The notes: generated by a model not told the origin, from the sequence alone. 60,741 nucleotides of DNA from Cyanophyceae cyanobacterium (GCA_050331735.1 JBHJGN010000071.1:1-60741); one strand, 5' to 3'. Numbered from the stretch's first letter, positions 31,201 through 40,663 are shown. Numbers and translations: made by a program.

Positions 31201-32039
31201 ACAACGAGCAGGGAGAAATTTTTGCAGGCATGGCGATGATGCAGGACATTAGCGATCGCAAACGCACCGCAGCCATGCAGCTCGCTCTAGAACGAGAGCA
31301 AGAACTCAATCAGCTCCAGCTCCGTTTCTTCTCGATGGTGTCCCACGAATTTCGGACTCCTTTGAGCACAATCTTGATGTCTACCCAAATTCTCGAACAC
31401 AGCAACGAACACTGGCTCAATCCGAAAATTTTGCGGAATCTACGTCGCATTCAGACCTCTGTTAAACATACCCTCGGATTACTCGAAGACATTCTCACCA
31501 TTAATCGCGCGAAAACGGGCAAGCTAGAATTTCGCCCGCAGCCTCTAAATCTCGAACAGTTTTGCAATCAGCTAATCGAGCAACTTGCTTTCGACAACGG
31601 TCCCGCCATTGTCTTTACCTTGGAGTGTCAGACTGCCATTGTCACCATCGACGAGAAGCTGCTGCATTGTGTGTTGAGCAATTTGCTCTCGAACGCGGTG
31701 AAGTATTCGCCCCAGCGCAGCACTATTACGTTGACCGCTCGCTGCTCCCCTATATCTGTCAGCTTTCGCGTCCAGGATGAGGGCATCGGTATTCCGCCAG
31801 AAGACCTTGCTAAGCTATTTGAACCGTTTCACCGAGGCAGTAACGTAGGTACAGTTGCTGGTTCAGGTTTAGGTCTAACTGTTTTGAAACAGTGTGTAGA
31901 TCTTTATGGCGGTCAAGTGTCGGTTGATAGTCAGGTGGGTCGAGGAACGGTATTGACTGTGACTCTCCCTGTGGGGGAGAGGGACAAGGGTAAGGGGGAA
32001 ATCGTCCCTCCGGGACGGGAACGGGGAAAAGGAAACTAA
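28203..32039 (+). CDS. multi-PAS/GAF sensor histidine kinase
   Basis: Repeated PAS/PAC (DITERK) units, two GAF-like segments, SHEFRTPL, NLLSNAVKY, DEGIGIP, GSGLGL; no TM segment evident. Confidence 0.95.
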   Translation: MHPSYQTLQKLLAEQAAQLKQMNKQLQAEVAAKEAAQDALQKCRKRLAQEAISSNRGNWELEKKLSQSETRYHDLYNKIPAMLHSINRHGRLISVSDYWLETLGYTRSEVIGRYSVEFLTAASRRYAEEEALPQFFQTGICRDISYQMVKKDGEVIDVLLSAVAERDQSGQIVRTLAVAVDITERKRWEEYFRAFMDRNPAMAFIKNSAGRYLYGNQAWANQFNLPLSEVLAKSDAELFSPTAVQRIRANDAVVLSRGETLKVLETERAQQLRYWTAVKFPLPNSKQPLIGGFALDISEQQRSEQELRVRVRQQAAVAQLGLQALETELPELMNHATVLLAQVLEVEYTKVLELLGGRTALRLKAGVGWKQGLVGVAMFSAERDSQAGYTLVSAQPVVVEDLRQETRFSGPPLLTAHGVVSGMSVVICGTAQPYGVLGVHTAKQRQFSQHDVNFLQAVANILATAVERQQAEKALKESEQRFRLLVEKVKDYAIFMLAPDGRVMSWNAGAEKIKGYRAQEILGQHFRRFYTHQDKQQGIPEQVLRTAEKEGQFEYEGWRLRKDGSLFWADMAITAIRDEGGQLRGFTKVTRDITERKRTEEALRRQAKALQKFSTNLKHLHRISTAKHQDLAALFSDYLGAGCAILGLTTGIVSEISEHHYIIRAVQSPFDLSPGQVFALKDTYCVSVIQKKRTITYTHVSQEPQMQSHPVYQTLQLESYLGTPILVNGNIYGTLSFSSTVPRDHDFPPYEQEIIELMAESMGRFIATHQADQKRKQAEETLRQSEIRYRGIVEAQTELICRIRPDGAFTYLNDTYCRYFGEQRDHLLGCSYLAKVCKQDRDRVKQHLASLSRQRSTGTIEYCVMQNGQRRWQQWSNQAIYNRLGLVEFQCVGRDITPRKEAETALRKSEELYRTLASNFPNGAVFLFDSRMRYTLAAGTGLADLGWQESLEGGLVEEALPVGLYRAQEFAYRAALRGEASVFELPYQNKTYLVHVLPVNNEQGEIFAGMAMMQDISDRKRTAAMQLALEREQELNQLQLRFFSMVSHEFRTPLSTILMSTQILEHSNEHWLNPKILRNLRRIQTSVKHTLGLLEDILTINRAKTGKLEFRPQPLNLEQFCNQLIEQLAFDNGPAIVFTLECQTAIVTIDEKLLHCVLSNLLSNAVKYSPQRSTITLTARCSPISVSFRVQDEGIGIPPEDLAKLFEPFHRGSNVGTVAGSGLGLTVLKQCVDLYGGQVSVDSQVGRGTVLTVTLPVGERDKGKGEIVPPGRERGKGN

Positions 32040-32041
32040 AC

Positions 32042-32245
32042 TCAATCAATCATCTCTTGAGAATTTGGCTCAGCTATAGTAATCGCGTCCAGATTGCTGT
32101 CTGGTTGTGGGGGTAAAAGTGCCAAGGATAAAGTTTGAAATAAACCAGCAGCAAGACCAGCACCGAAGGCGATCGCCGCAGCTAGGCGAAAGTCAGGATG
32201 TGGTGGTAGACGCAGTGGAGCCTTATTTTTACGTCTCTGGGTCAT
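32042..32245 (-). CDS. small single-TM hypothetical protein
   Basis: MTQRRKNK... followed by hydrophobic LAAAIAFGAGLAAGLFQTLSLALL. Confidence 0.5.
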   Translation of the reverse strand: MTQRRKNKAPLRLPPHPDFRLAAAIAFGAGLAAGLFQTLSLALLPPQPDSNLDAITIAEPNSQEMID

Positions 32246-32329
32246 TGTGTCACTCTTCACTCTATCGAAAGGTAGATAGAGTTTAGCCGATCTTAATGGG
32301 GAAAGCAAGCTCAGGGCAGTAACCGGTGA

Positions 32330-32588
32330 TTAGAGCGTCATAGCGCCAAGCAGGGCAACAAGCCAGAGCCTAATCAGGTCGATCCTCGCTATTGGGTGTA
32401 CGAGATTGGTGAGAAACAGCGACTGTTCAGTGGATGCCACCATCTATCATAACGTCCGCGACGTTATCACCTTGTTTCGACAACTCCCCAACGCTAAGGC
32501 AACCTTGGCTACTAAGCGCGTCAACCGCAGCCTGCTAGAGTACAACCCCCAAGGCAAGACGCGCATTCGCTTTAGCCTGATGCCCCAG
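32330..32588 (+). pseudogene. spore photoproduct lyase (SplB-like radical SAM) internal fragment
   Basis: LERHSAKQGNKPEPNQVDPRYWVYEIGE, frameshift, then NSDCSVDA...ATKRVNRSLLEYNPQGKTRIRFSLMPQ; no N- or C-terminus. Confidence 0.75.
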
Positions 32589-32654
32589 TCTGAGGAAAAT
32601 TTGTCTCCTCCTCGCCTCGTGTCACACCAACTAATTGATTGACTCGTTAGCTTA

Positions 32655-33110
32655 CTATTGACCCCTCAGTTGGTCGAGTTCAAACGGATTCTCTTGAGGA
32701 ACGATATCCTCTAAGTCGAACTCCATGCCTGACTTGAGGAGAAATCTTTCTCTGGACTCAGAGTAGCACTCCTCAAGGATAGTTTCTAAATAAGGATTGA
32801 GACTCGGGCTTGTTTTGAGAAGCTTCTTGATGCGACGTTGTTGCTCGTCTACCGTCAGTCTCCATCCTCTGCTACATCTTTCCCGCTCATCTTTTGGTAT
32901 CCAGTAGCGAAGACAGAGAAGATGAACGAGAAGAATATTGAGGCGATTGTATAGCTGCTGTTTCTGGGACTTTCCCAAGCTATCTACCTCATCTATGAGT
33001 GATTCTAGCTCTAGCTCATCAAAGCGATGCTCTTTGAGAAGCGAGACTGTCCGTTCACACCATTGCAGAAAGTCTTGGTCGTAGAATTTTTGATGCACTT
33101 GATCTGGCAT
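32655..33110 (-). CDS. DUF29 domain protein
   Basis: YDQDFLQW, LIDEVDSLGKSQ, LLVHLL, RGWRLTVDEQ, SPSLNPY. Confidence 0.9.
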   Translation of the reverse strand: MPDQVHQKFYDQDFLQWCERTVSLLKEHRFDELELESLIDEVDSLGKSQKQQLYNRLNILLVHLLCLRYWIPKDERERCSRGWRLTVDEQQRRIKKLLKTSPSLNPYLETILEECYSESRERFLLKSGMEFDLEDIVPQENPFELDQLRGQ

Positions 33111-33256
33111 TGCTCTTCTCAAGGCGAGGATTCAATGTCTAATAGCTGCTGAATACACTCAGGGAAACAACTTCAGACTTTATCCTAGCTTAGCTAGGAT
33201 AATACAAAGACGCGGGCGATCGCTAGAATCATCCCATGCAGTGACCAACAAAATTA

Positions 33257-33285
33257 TTGACATTAATTTTCAACAATACTATAGT
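33257..33285 (+). promoter_or_regulatory. sigma70 promoter overlapped by a Fur-like box
   Basis: TTGACA(33257-62)-N17-TATAGT(33280-85); 7-1-7 inverted repeat TGACATT-A-ATTTTCA over the -35 element. Confidence 0.8.
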
Positions 33286-33291
33286 TGACTC

Positions 33292-33363
33292 TAGTGTTCT
33301 CCTCTTAAAGAATCAGCAGGTGAAGTTGCTTGAACCCGAAAAAGCGGCTTGCCTGTTTTTTTT
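33292..33363 (+). ncRNA. isaR1: IsaR1-like iron-stress sRNA
   Basis: Starts ~7 nt after the -10 with AGTGTTCTCCTCTTAAAGAATCAGCAG (resembles the recalled IsaR1 5' region) and ends in a stem-loop plus T8. Lies upstream of crtH with a Fur-like box, matching the recalled Synechocystis isaR1 context. Confidence 0.78.
33317..33363 (+). terminator. intrinsic terminator of the sRNA
   Basis: CAGGTGAAGTTGCTT...AAGCGGCTTGCCTG followed by TTTTTTTT. Confidence 0.85.
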
Positions 33364-33405
33364 GGCGATACACTAGGAAAGTCAGCATTAGGATTGACTA
33401 GGTTT

Positions 33406-34923
33406 ATGGGTGCTGCTTCACTTGGGCAGAAGACAGAATGGGATGCAATTGTGATCGGCTCGGGAATTGGTGGCTTAGTCACCGCAACTCAGCTAGCCGC
33501 TAAAGGGGCACAGGTTTTAGTCCTGGAGCGATACATTATTCCTGGCGGTAGTGCCGGATACTTTGAGCGAGCTGGCTACCGTTTTGATGTAGGTGCATCC
33601 ATGATCTTTGGTTTTGGCACTCAGGGAACGACCAACTTACTAACTCGGGCGCTAGCCGCCGTCGATACCAGCCTAGAAACGATTTCCGACCCGGTACAGA
33701 TTCACTATCATCTGCCTCACTTAGAGCTAAAAGTCCATCAGGATTATGAGAAGTTTTTGCAAGAACTCACGACGCGGTTTCCCCACGAACAACAAGGCAT
33801 TCGCCGTTTCTACGATGAGTGCTGGCAGGTTTTCCACTGCCTCAACTCGATGGAGTTGCTGTCCTTAGAAGAACCTCGCTATCTGCTGCGCTCATTCTGG
33901 CAGCATCCGCTGGCCTGCTTGGGGTTAGCGAAGTATCTGCCACAAAATGCCGGAGATGTGGCCCGTCGCTCGATCAAAGATCCGACGCTCCTGAAGCTGA
34001 TTGATATGGAGTGCTACTGCTGGTCGGTGGTGCCAGCTTCCTCTACCCCAATGATTAACGCTGGGATGGTGTTTAGCGATCGCCACTACGGAGGCATTAA
34101 CTATCCTAAAGGAGGCGTCGGGCAAATTGCCCAAAAGCTAGCAGCCGGACTCGAACAAGCAGGCGGCAAAATCCAGTACCGCTCCCGAGTCACCAAGATT
34201 CTCGTTGAAAACGGTAAGGCCGTGGGAATTCAGCTAGCAAACGGGAAACAGCACTGGGCCAAGAAAATTGTTTCTAACGCCACTCGCTGGGATACCTTCG
34301 ACAAGCTGCTGCCGCCCGCAGCAATGCCTGCTGCTGAAAAGCGCTGGCGTCAGCGCTATCAAAAATCCCCCAGTTTCCTCAGCCTACATTTAGGAGTCGA
34401 AGCCGACGTATTGCCTCCCGGTACGGAATGTCACCATATTTTGTTAGAAGAGTGGGAGCGCATGGAAGAGGAGCAAGGCACTATCTTTGTGTCAATTCCC
34501 ACCCTGCTCGATCCGAGTTTAGCCCCTGAGGGATATCACATCATTCATACCTTCACGCCAAGCTGGAGCGAGCGCTGGCAGGGACTTTCTCCTCAAGAGT
34601 ACGAACAGCAAAAAGAAACCGCCGCCGCTCGCCTGATTGAGCGCCTGGAGCAGATTTTCCCTGGACTGGAGGCCGGGTTAGACTATCAGGAAGTGGGGAC
34701 ACCTCGCACCCATCGCCGCTTTCTAGGCCGCGAAGAGGGAACCTACGGACCGATTCCCCGCCGCAAGCTCGCCGGTCTGTTGGGGATGCCGTTTAACCGT
34801 ACCGCCGTGCCCGGACTGTACTGTGTGGGAGACAGTACCTTTCCGGGTCAAGGATTGAACGCGGTGGCGTTTTCTGGTTTTGCCTGTGCTCACCGCATTG
34901 CGGTTGATTTGGGACTGAGCTGA
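33406..34923 (+). CDS. crtH: carotenoid isomerase
   Basis: [58 protein letters not shown]; start ATG 33406 lies after the sRNA terminator. Confidence 0.95.
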   Translation: MGAASLGQKTEWDAIVIGSGIGGLVTATQLAAKGAQVLVLERYIIPGGSAGYFERAGYRFDVGASMIFGFGTQGTTNLLTRALAAVDTSLETISDPVQIHYHLPHLELKVHQDYEKFLQELTTRFPHEQQGIRRFYDECWQVFHCLNSMELLSLEEPRYLLRSFWQHPLACLGLAKYLPQNAGDVARRSIKDPTLLKLIDMECYCWSVVPASSTPMINAGMVFSDRHYGGINYPKGGVGQIAQKLAAGLEQAGGKIQYRSRVTKILVENGKAVGIQLANGKQHWAKKIVSNATRWDTFDKLLPPAAMPAAEKRWRQRYQKSPSFLSLHLGVEADVLPPGTECHHILLEEWERMEEEQGTIFVSIPTLLDPSLAPEGYHIIHTFTPSWSERWQGLSPQEYEQQKETAAARLIERLEQIFPGLEAGLDYQEVGTPRTHRRFLGREEGTYGPIPRRKLAGLLGMPFNRTAVPGLYCVGDSTFPGQGLNAVAFSGFACAHRIAVDLGLS

Positions 34924-35034
34924 GGCTCAAACAAGCGATCGCTTGACGCTATCATCGCGATCGCCTTTTCTTTTGATAATCTGTTCTTTAATATAGCTAG
35001 CGATAATAGGCCTACTAGCTAATGGAGGTAAAAC

Positions 35035-36357
35035 TTGACTACTCGCGTCATCATTGTGCGTCATGGGCAGAGCAGCTATAACGCTCAGCAAAAAATTCAG
35101 GGTCGCTGCGATGAATCTATCTTGACAGAAAAAGGGCGTGCCGATGCGCGAACAGTCGGCCATACTCTGGCTCAGTATCACTTTGATGCCTTTTACTGTA
35201 GTCCGCTCCAGCGAGCAAAGGAAACAGCGGCCATTATTCACGAGTGCTTAACGGCTCCACCGTCGCTTCAGCCCTCAGAGCAGTTGCTCGAAGTTGATCT
35301 GCCGCTGTGGGAAAAACTTACCAAGCAAGAAGTACAAAGCAAGTTTGCGGAGGACTACCGCTGCTGGAAAGAACGTCCCCACGAATTTAAGATGGTGCTG
35401 GCACAGCGGGAGCATTTTCCGGTTCTGGCTCTCTATCGGCAGGCAGAGCAGTTCTGGCAAGAGACTTTGCCCCATCACCAAAACCAAACCATTGTGATCG
35501 TCGCCCATAACGGCATCAATCGCTGTTTAATGATGAGCGCTCTAGGAATGCCGCCGGAGCGATATCATTCGATTCAGCAGTCGAACTGCAATATCAATGT
35601 GCTCAACTTCAATGGCGCTTGGGGTGAGCCAGTTCAGCTAGAATCTCTTAACCAAACCGCCCACATGGGAGTCGCCTTGCCGCCGCCACGTCCTTCCCAG
35701 CAAGGTCTACGACTGTTGTTAATTCGCCACGGAGAAACCGAATGGAACCGCGCTTCTCGCTTCCAAGGAACTCGAGATATTCCCCTCAACGACCGCGGCA
35801 GAGGGCAGGCAAAACTGGCGGCTGAGTTTCTCAAAGAGATCGCCCTCGACTTTGCGGTTTCGAGTCCAATGCTGCGCCCGAAGGAGACTGCCGAGATTGT
35901 GCTTCAGCCTCATGCTGATGTTCCCCTCGTCACCTATCCTCCCCTGCAAGAAATTGGTCACGGACTGTGGGAAGGCAAGCTAGAATCCGAAATAGAAGCA
36001 GAGTTTCCGGGGTTGCTCACTCAGTGGAAAGAACGGCCCGAAACCGTCCAGATGCCCGAAGGAGAAAACCTACAGCAGGTTTGGGATCGGGCGATCGCTA
36101 CCTGGAATGAAATTGTTGCTACCTACGCCGATACAGCCCCAAAGACGGGCATAGTTGTGGCCCATGACGCCATCAATAAAGTCATTCTGTGCTATTTGCT
36201 CGGGCTACAGCCGGCGGATTTCTGGAAAATCAAACAGGGGAACGGGGCCGTTAGCGTTATCGATTATTCTCTCGGCAAGTCTCCGGTGCTTCAGGCGATC
36301 AATATTACCTCTCATCTCGGCGGTATTTTAGACAAAACAGCGGCAGGGGCACTTTAA
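35035..36357 (+). CDS. tandem-domain histidine phosphatase (cyanobacterial phosphoserine phosphatase-like)
   Basis: Two RHG motifs (VRHGQS, IRHGET), SPLQRA/SPMLRP, VAHNG/VAHDA. Confidence 0.9.
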   Translation: MTTRVIIVRHGQSSYNAQQKIQGRCDESILTEKGRADARTVGHTLAQYHFDAFYCSPLQRAKETAAIIHECLTAPPSLQPSEQLLEVDLPLWEKLTKQEVQSKFAEDYRCWKERPHEFKMVLAQREHFPVLALYRQAEQFWQETLPHHQNQTIVIVAHNGINRCLMMSALGMPPERYHSIQQSNCNINVLNFNGAWGEPVQLESLNQTAHMGVALPPPRPSQQGLRLLLIRHGETEWNRASRFQGTRDIPLNDRGRGQAKLAAEFLKEIALDFAVSSPMLRPKETAEIVLQPHADVPLVTYPPLQEIGHGLWEGKLESEIEAEFPGLLTQWKERPETVQMPEGENLQQVWDRAIATWNEIVATYADTAPKTGIVVAHDAINKVILCYLLGLQPADFWKIKQGNGAVSVIDYSLGKSPVLQAINITSHLGGILDKTAAGAL

Positions 36358-36453
36358 TCCAGTAACCAGTGACTAGCAATCAGTAATCGATGAACAATCA
36401 ACAATCAGCAAAAAATCGAAATGCTGCGCTCCCTCTGATTTAAGTGATGCTCA

Positions 36454-37020
36454 ATGAATACTCCCAGTCACTGGATTCTTAACCTGGCTTTGCTCGGTCA
36501 AGCGGCGGCTCCCAAAGCTAACGGCGCTATTGCTGTGGGAGCTGTGTTGCCGGATGTGCCGATTTTTGTGTTCTATTTGGTCGCTAAAGTGGTGTACCGG
36601 ATGCCGGAACGCCAAATTTGGTCTGAAGCTTATTATGAACCTGTTTGGCACACTGTCGTGGCGCTGTTTCATTCGATTCCTCTAGCGCTGATTGGGCTAG
36701 CGCTCTGCGCCTGGAGCCGCTGGAGACCGGGAGTGATCGCCTGTATTAGCCTCGTGCTGCATTCGCTCCTGGATTTACCCGTTCATCACGATGACGCGCA
36801 TCGGCATTTTTTTCCGTTGAGCGACTATCGCTTGATTAGCCCTGTTTCCTATTGGGATCCGAATCACTACGGGAGCGCTGTGGCTCTGATTGAGCTGATG
36901 CTCGTTTGTGCCGCCACTCCGGTTGTCTTTAAGGTGCTAAATTCCCGTCTTGCCAGAGGTTTTGTCCTCTTTGTGGATGGAGTTTACCTCGTTAGCTACT
37001 GCCTTTTATATATTTTCTAA
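36454..37020 (+). CDS. membrane-bound metal-dependent hydrolase-like protein
   Basis: MNTPSH, GAVLPDVP, FHS, HSLLDLPVHHDDAHRHFFP. Confidence 0.8.
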   Translation: MNTPSHWILNLALLGQAAAPKANGAIAVGAVLPDVPIFVFYLVAKVVYRMPERQIWSEAYYEPVWHTVVALFHSIPLALIGLALCAWSRWRPGVIACISLVLHSLLDLPVHHDDAHRHFFPLSDYRLISPVSYWDPNHYGSAVALIELMLVCAATPVVFKVLNSRLARGFVLFVDGVYLVSYCLLYIF

Positions 37021-37139
37021 AAAACAGCTCTAATCCTTCCAGAGCAGGAGAAAACAAACACTAGCACCTAAAAATAAAAATTTACGACTGTTATTATATT
37101 TGTTACTAAATTAGTGACAGTAAGTAACAGTGAGCTATT

Positions 37140-38501
37140 ATGCTACTCAGCCAAATTTCCAGCCTGCTTCAGGAAGTTGCTGCTTCCCCTGAAGCCAACC
37201 CCTTCGGCGAGGCTTCAGTCGCTCCATCTACAGTCGTTAGTGCTGCTACGTTAAGAGCTTTCATTAGAGCAGTGGTCGAGCTGTTGAATGAGCAGCAACT
37301 CGAAGCAACCATCTTAGTTAAATGTCCAGACGAAACCTGGGTGGAGGAACTCGCCAGCTATCAGCCACCGACAAGAGCGGCAAAGATTTACGACTGTACT
37401 GACCAAAACCGTCCTCAGTCCCGTCATCTGCCTAAGTTAACCCCTTTACAAACAGAATTTCTAGAGCACGAATACTTTTTCATTGTTTTATCCCCGCAGC
37501 TTAGCGGCGTGATTTTAGCTCAACCGCAAACTGCAATCTCTCAGGAGATGCCCCAAGAGCTCAATGAGACATCGCCACTCAAAATGACGTGCAGTTTTGT
37601 GCCAGCGGTAGTCGCCAGAGTTGTAGAGGCGATCGCCCAGAGAAGTACACTGCCAGAGACGGTGGTTCAATCCTTGCCAGCCTTCACGACTCAGATCGAT
37701 GGGCTAACCGCCCTCTTGCTCAAGCAGGTGCAGAGTGCTGATGAAGCCTCCTCTCCAGCATCGCCATCAATAGAACAGTTAACGGCAGCGCTTCGTCTTA
37801 AAGAAGAGTTTCTCGACCGCCTCGTGCGCGAACTACGTCCGCCGATCACCAACATGAAGACAGCCCTCCGGCTACTAGAGTCAAAACAGCTTAAACGACA
37901 GCAGCGACAGCGCTATTTAGAGCTGTTGCAGCGGGAGTGCAGTCGGCAACATGCGGTGATTACAGGGTTGCTCGAGTTAGTGCAGCTTGACAACTCAGCG
38001 CAAGCTTCTGACACCGTGCGTTTAGAGGACTTTGTCCCGGGAATTGTGAGTACCTATCAACCGCTGGCGGCAGAAAAAGGAGTTGCGTTAGGCTATACTA
38101 TCCCAGCAAACCTTCCTCCCGTCAACTGTCCAACTGCTTGGCTCAGGCAAATTATCATCAACCTGCTCGACAACAGCTTAAAGTATACGGCTTCCCAAGG
38201 ACGAGTCTATGTTCAGGCTTATTTACGCCATCAAGCCGTCGAAATTGTGTTTAGCGATACAGGAATCGGCATTGAAAGTCACGAACTGCCCAAGATTTTT
38301 GATGGCTTTTATCGCGGTCGCACTGCCCCAACAGAGCTAGCCAGTGCCGGGTTAGGATTAACCGTTGTGCAACAGCTTCTACAGCGCTGTGGTGGCTCAG
38401 TTTCTGTAACGAGCCGAGTTGGCAAAGGCTCTACTTTCCGAGTTTTGCTGCCTATCGCTTCTCCGAGCCCTCAGACGGTTGCGATGGGAACGACGGCATA
38501 G
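37140..38501 (+). CDS. sensor histidine kinase-like protein (DICT-like N-terminus) lacking the phosphoacceptor His
   Basis: H-box reads LVRELRPPITNMKTAL; HATPase motifs NLLDNSLKY, DTGIGI, AGLGL. Confidence 0.85.
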   Translation: MLLSQISSLLQEVAASPEANPFGEASVAPSTVVSAATLRAFIRAVVELLNEQQLEATILVKCPDETWVEELASYQPPTRAAKIYDCTDQNRPQSRHLPKLTPLQTEFLEHEYFFIVLSPQLSGVILAQPQTAISQEMPQELNETSPLKMTCSFVPAVVARVVEAIAQRSTLPETVVQSLPAFTTQIDGLTALLLKQVQSADEASSPASPSIEQLTAALRLKEEFLDRLVRELRPPITNMKTALRLLESKQLKRQQRQRYLELLQRECSRQHAVITGLLELVQLDNSAQASDTVRLEDFVPGIVSTYQPLAAEKGVALGYTIPANLPPVNCPTAWLRQIIINLLDNSLKYTASQGRVYVQAYLRHQAVEIVFSDTGIGIESHELPKIFDGFYRGRTAPTELASAGLGLTVVQQLLQRCGGSVSVTSRVGKGSTFRVLLPIASPSPQTVAMGTTA

Positions 38502-38582
38502 ACGATGAATCAGAGGGGGAACGAAAGACCGCACGATTTTCTTTCCCTCACGCTTGAACCGCAGCTATCCTTGGCACCCTGC

Positions 38583-40289
38583 TCACCCCTCAAGATTCCG
38601 CCGGCTGCTTTGAGCAAGCTCAACCTCTGAAGGCGAAACAACCAGAGGCAAGAACACGGTAAAGACCTCCTGCTGTGGCCGTCGGCGGACAATTAGTTTT
38701 CCGCCCATAGCGTGAAACAGATTTTTAGTAACGTCGAGGTTGAGACTGAGGCTTCCCGTTTCTGGCTGGAACATCAACAACTGTCCCAACGCTCTTAGAG
38801 TAGTCGGACCACACTGAGGGACGGGAGCGTCGCCAGAGCGTCCTTCGGTGGAGCTTTGCGGGGAGAACTGTAGTTTAAGCTGGTTGCCTGCTGTCGTTAC
38901 CTGAACTCTAATTTTGCCTTCGTTGGGCAAACTGCGGGTAAATTTTTCCATTAATCCTGTCAGCACTTGATTGAGCATGCCGGGATTACTGACGATGGTT
39001 GGCAACTTTTTGGGGAGCACAACATCAAGCAGTACCCCCCGCCGCTGTGCCTGTTTTTTCCAGGAAGGAATGCTTTGCTGAAATAGCTGCTCTAGCGAGA
39101 TCGGAGTGAGCTGCATCTGTTCTTTCGTTGATTTGGTGGCCAACTCTGCTGCCCTAAAAATTAGCTCCATCCGATTGATTTGTTCAGTACACTCTTGGTC
39201 GATTGTTTCTAAGCGCTTGGTGACGTTAGGCGCGAGTTTACCGCCCCGCTTCAGCAGCGAGCGCGTGAGCGTCCGAATGGTCGTCAGTGGAGTACGGATC
39301 TCGTGGGTCAAAGCCTGGAGCAGCTCTACTTCACCAGATTGAGAATCGTGTCCCTTGGAGCGCTGCATGGCGAGAGGAATCACTTTGGTCTCGGCCTGCG
39401 CTGTTGATGGCGGATCGGACCGCCCCTTGTGTTCCTGAGACGAACAGTTCGGAAGATGCTTCAGCAAACAATGACTAAATTCGGTGACGGTGCGATAATC
39501 TGGGGTGGGCGGGGCAAATTCGTGAGTCAGAGCGTCGAGTGGATGCAGTTGATAGTGATTGGTGATTAGCAAGCGCGTCCTTAAGACTGCCCACGCCTGC
39601 TGAATCGTTTCTGGCTCAAAGGAGAAGCGAAAAGCCGGCAAGCCAGCGCTATCTTTTCCCAAAACTAGCAAGATGCCAAAATTAGCTGTTAAGACTAGAC
39701 AGAACTGTTCGGTGGCGAGCGGGTCTTGCGGCGACAGAGGAAGTTCGGCACACGGCGCTACGACTTCTACGGGGAACGGCTCTGCTGCCGGAAGCTGAAA
39801 GGGTTCTTGTCCTTGGAACGCTGTTGGCGTGAACACTCCTGTTTGAACCTGCGACACAAGAGCCGGGTGACTGAGGAGGGGAGAGGGTCCAGAGAGCAGC
39901 AGTCCTTGCCGAGCATTAAGCTTGCTCAAAGCAGCCGGGGCGTGAGGTTCCCTCGAAACGGAAGATGAAGTTTTCGCAGCACCTGGAGTCTGCATCTGAA
40001 AGCCAAACTTTCCTGAGCCAGTTGGCTCAGTGAACGAAGACGGCACCGGAACTTTGAGTCCCGTCTGGGGAGCAATCGTTTTAAACAGCAACTGCTCTAG
40101 CGCGGCGATCGCCCCACACCATTCTCTTCTTGCTTTTAGCTTCATGGAGAGGGTTTCTAAGCGCTGTCCTTCTGGCTTTCCTGAAGAGGGGGTTGGTCGC
40201 TCGTCTCCAGCCGATTGGTGCCACTCTCCTTCCGTGGCCTCACGGCGATTAAAAACATCGCTTAGAGTCGGTAATAACCAGGTTTGCAC
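38583..40289 (-). CDS. hik2: Hik2/chloroplast sensor kinase (CSK)-like histidine kinase
   Basis: EWCGAIAALEQLL, EQFCLVLT, LTHEIRTPLTTIRTLTR, ECTEQINRMELIF, FQPETGSLSLNL. Confidence 0.85.
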   Translation of the reverse strand: MQTWLLPTLSDVFNRREATEGEWHQSAGDERPTPSSGKPEGQRLETLSMKLKARREWCGAIAALEQLLFKTIAPQTGLKVPVPSSFTEPTGSGKFGFQMQTPGAAKTSSSVSREPHAPAALSKLNARQGLLLSGPSPLLSHPALVSQVQTGVFTPTAFQGQEPFQLPAAEPFPVEVVAPCAELPLSPQDPLATEQFCLVLTANFGILLVLGKDSAGLPAFRFSFEPETIQQAWAVLRTRLLITNHYQLHPLDALTHEFAPPTPDYRTVTEFSHCLLKHLPNCSSQEHKGRSDPPSTAQAETKVIPLAMQRSKGHDSQSGEVELLQALTHEIRTPLTTIRTLTRSLLKRGGKLAPNVTKRLETIDQECTEQINRMELIFRAAELATKSTKEQMQLTPISLEQLFQQSIPSWKKQAQRRGVLLDVVLPKKLPTIVSNPGMLNQVLTGLMEKFTRSLPNEGKIRVQVTTAGNQLKLQFSPQSSTEGRSGDAPVPQCGPTTLRALGQLLMFQPETGSLSLNLDVTKNLFHAMGGKLIVRRRPQQEVFTVFLPLVVSPSEVELAQSSRRNLEG

Positions 40290-40663
40290 GACGATTAACT
40301 CCCTCAGTTGAACTCAGTATGACTAAGCAGCTACGGAGTTGGCATCACTGCACGGGAAGCTGGATAGTCCCCCGTTACAATCGATACGCATTGCAGACTG
40401 ACGCTAGCCGTCGGCCAGTCAAGCCTCAGAAAGAGAATAAGCTCGGGACTGATTCTCCCAATTGTTCTCCGGCTCAGCCGATTCGCTGCGTTGGTCCTGT
40501 CTTAAAATAAACGGTAGCTACAGATGTATCAAAATATTTGACTACCCCTAGATACTACTCTGATTTGTCGTCGCTCTAAAGCCGTAGAACCGAACTTGAA
40601 GATTCGCAATGTCCGCTCTTTCAAGAACGAAGTAAAATGAGGTCACCCAAATTCCTCCTGACG

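Noticed and set aside
33349..33405. N-terminal extension of crtH from TTG 33349
   Set aside because: It begins inside the sRNA terminator; ATG 33406 fits the FAD-binding motif position.
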